In this document: in pieces, positions 63,689 through 64,000 of the stretch | Position numbering within the stretch: position 1 is the stretch's first letter | Layout of the letters: every line of letters begins with the position of its first letter | Origin: Lytechinus pictus | Lineage: Eukaryota | Length of the DNA stretch: 64,000 nucleotides | Assembly: GCF_037042905.1 (NCBI RefSeq) | Contig: NW_026974140.1 | Span: 746,001 to 810,000 of the forward strand | Direction of reading: 5' to 3' | Translations under genes and position numbers: made by a program | Notes under the pieces: model-generated | Database searches by the model: none | What the model was told of the DNA's origin: nothing | Seen by the model: the letters and a program-made list of their open reading frames with translations, nothing else

Positions 63689-63970
63689 TATGGTGGCCCT
63701 GAAGGGACATCGCATATAGACCAAATCGCGAATATTCACGAAGAAATTGGCGACGAAATTCACGACGTCGCCAATTTCGTCGTGAATTTGAATATTCACG
63801 ACGAAATTAACGACATCGTGAATTTCGTCGCCAATTTCGTCACGAATTATTCACGACGATATTCGCGACGTCGCCAATTTCGTCGCCAATTTGAATATTG
63901 ACGACGAAATTCACGACGAAATTTGCGACATCGTGAATTTCGTCGCCAATTTCGTCGTGAATTTGTTTTG
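63689..63970. repeat. Terminal region of another element with CGACGAAATT / AATTTCGTCG short repeats
   Basis: TATGGTGGCCCTGAAGGGAC followed by about 12-bp direct and inverted repeats. The other end is not in the window. Confidence 0.6.
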
Positions 63971-64000
63971 CTTGCCTGGGCGGTATGCGGGTTGAAACCA

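Overview
AT-rich eukaryotic DNA, most likely from a marine invertebrate. A sea-urchin origin is my inference from repeat style only. The window is almost entirely nested transposable-element debris, and I found no intact host gene, RNA gene or CRISPR array. (1) 49-13042 is a large diverged inverted duplication. It carries exons 2 and 3 of a decayed spliced THAP-domain gene (THAP zinc finger, DHSY HCF-1-binding motif, coiled coil); exon 1 lies at 17324-17384 on the minus strand. (2) Decayed LINEs: CR1/L2-type at 18.3-31.0 kb, 35.1-42.0 kb and 51.1-53.9 kb, an L1/Tx1 fragment, two RTE fragments and an orphan ORF1. (3) An ISL2EU/Harbinger-type DDE transposase pseudogene at 56.0-63.2 kb. (4) Very large non-coding inverted-repeat elements (9.7 kb Academ-like, 6.4 kb Sola-like, 15.7 kb EnSpm-like shell), plus many MITEs with readable TSDs (Kolobok-like, hAT, MULE, Tc1/mariner, PIF, piggyBac-like) and Helentron-associated (HINE-like) elements. 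The most interesting signals are the three-exon THAP pseudogene missed by the ORF track, template switching between the palindrome arms, repeated TA to TACATGTA excision footprints confirmed against paralogs, and an RFX X-box array in the arms of the Academ-like element. Nothing here demonstrates a new functional system. Superfamily calls rest on termini and TSDs and need database confirmation.
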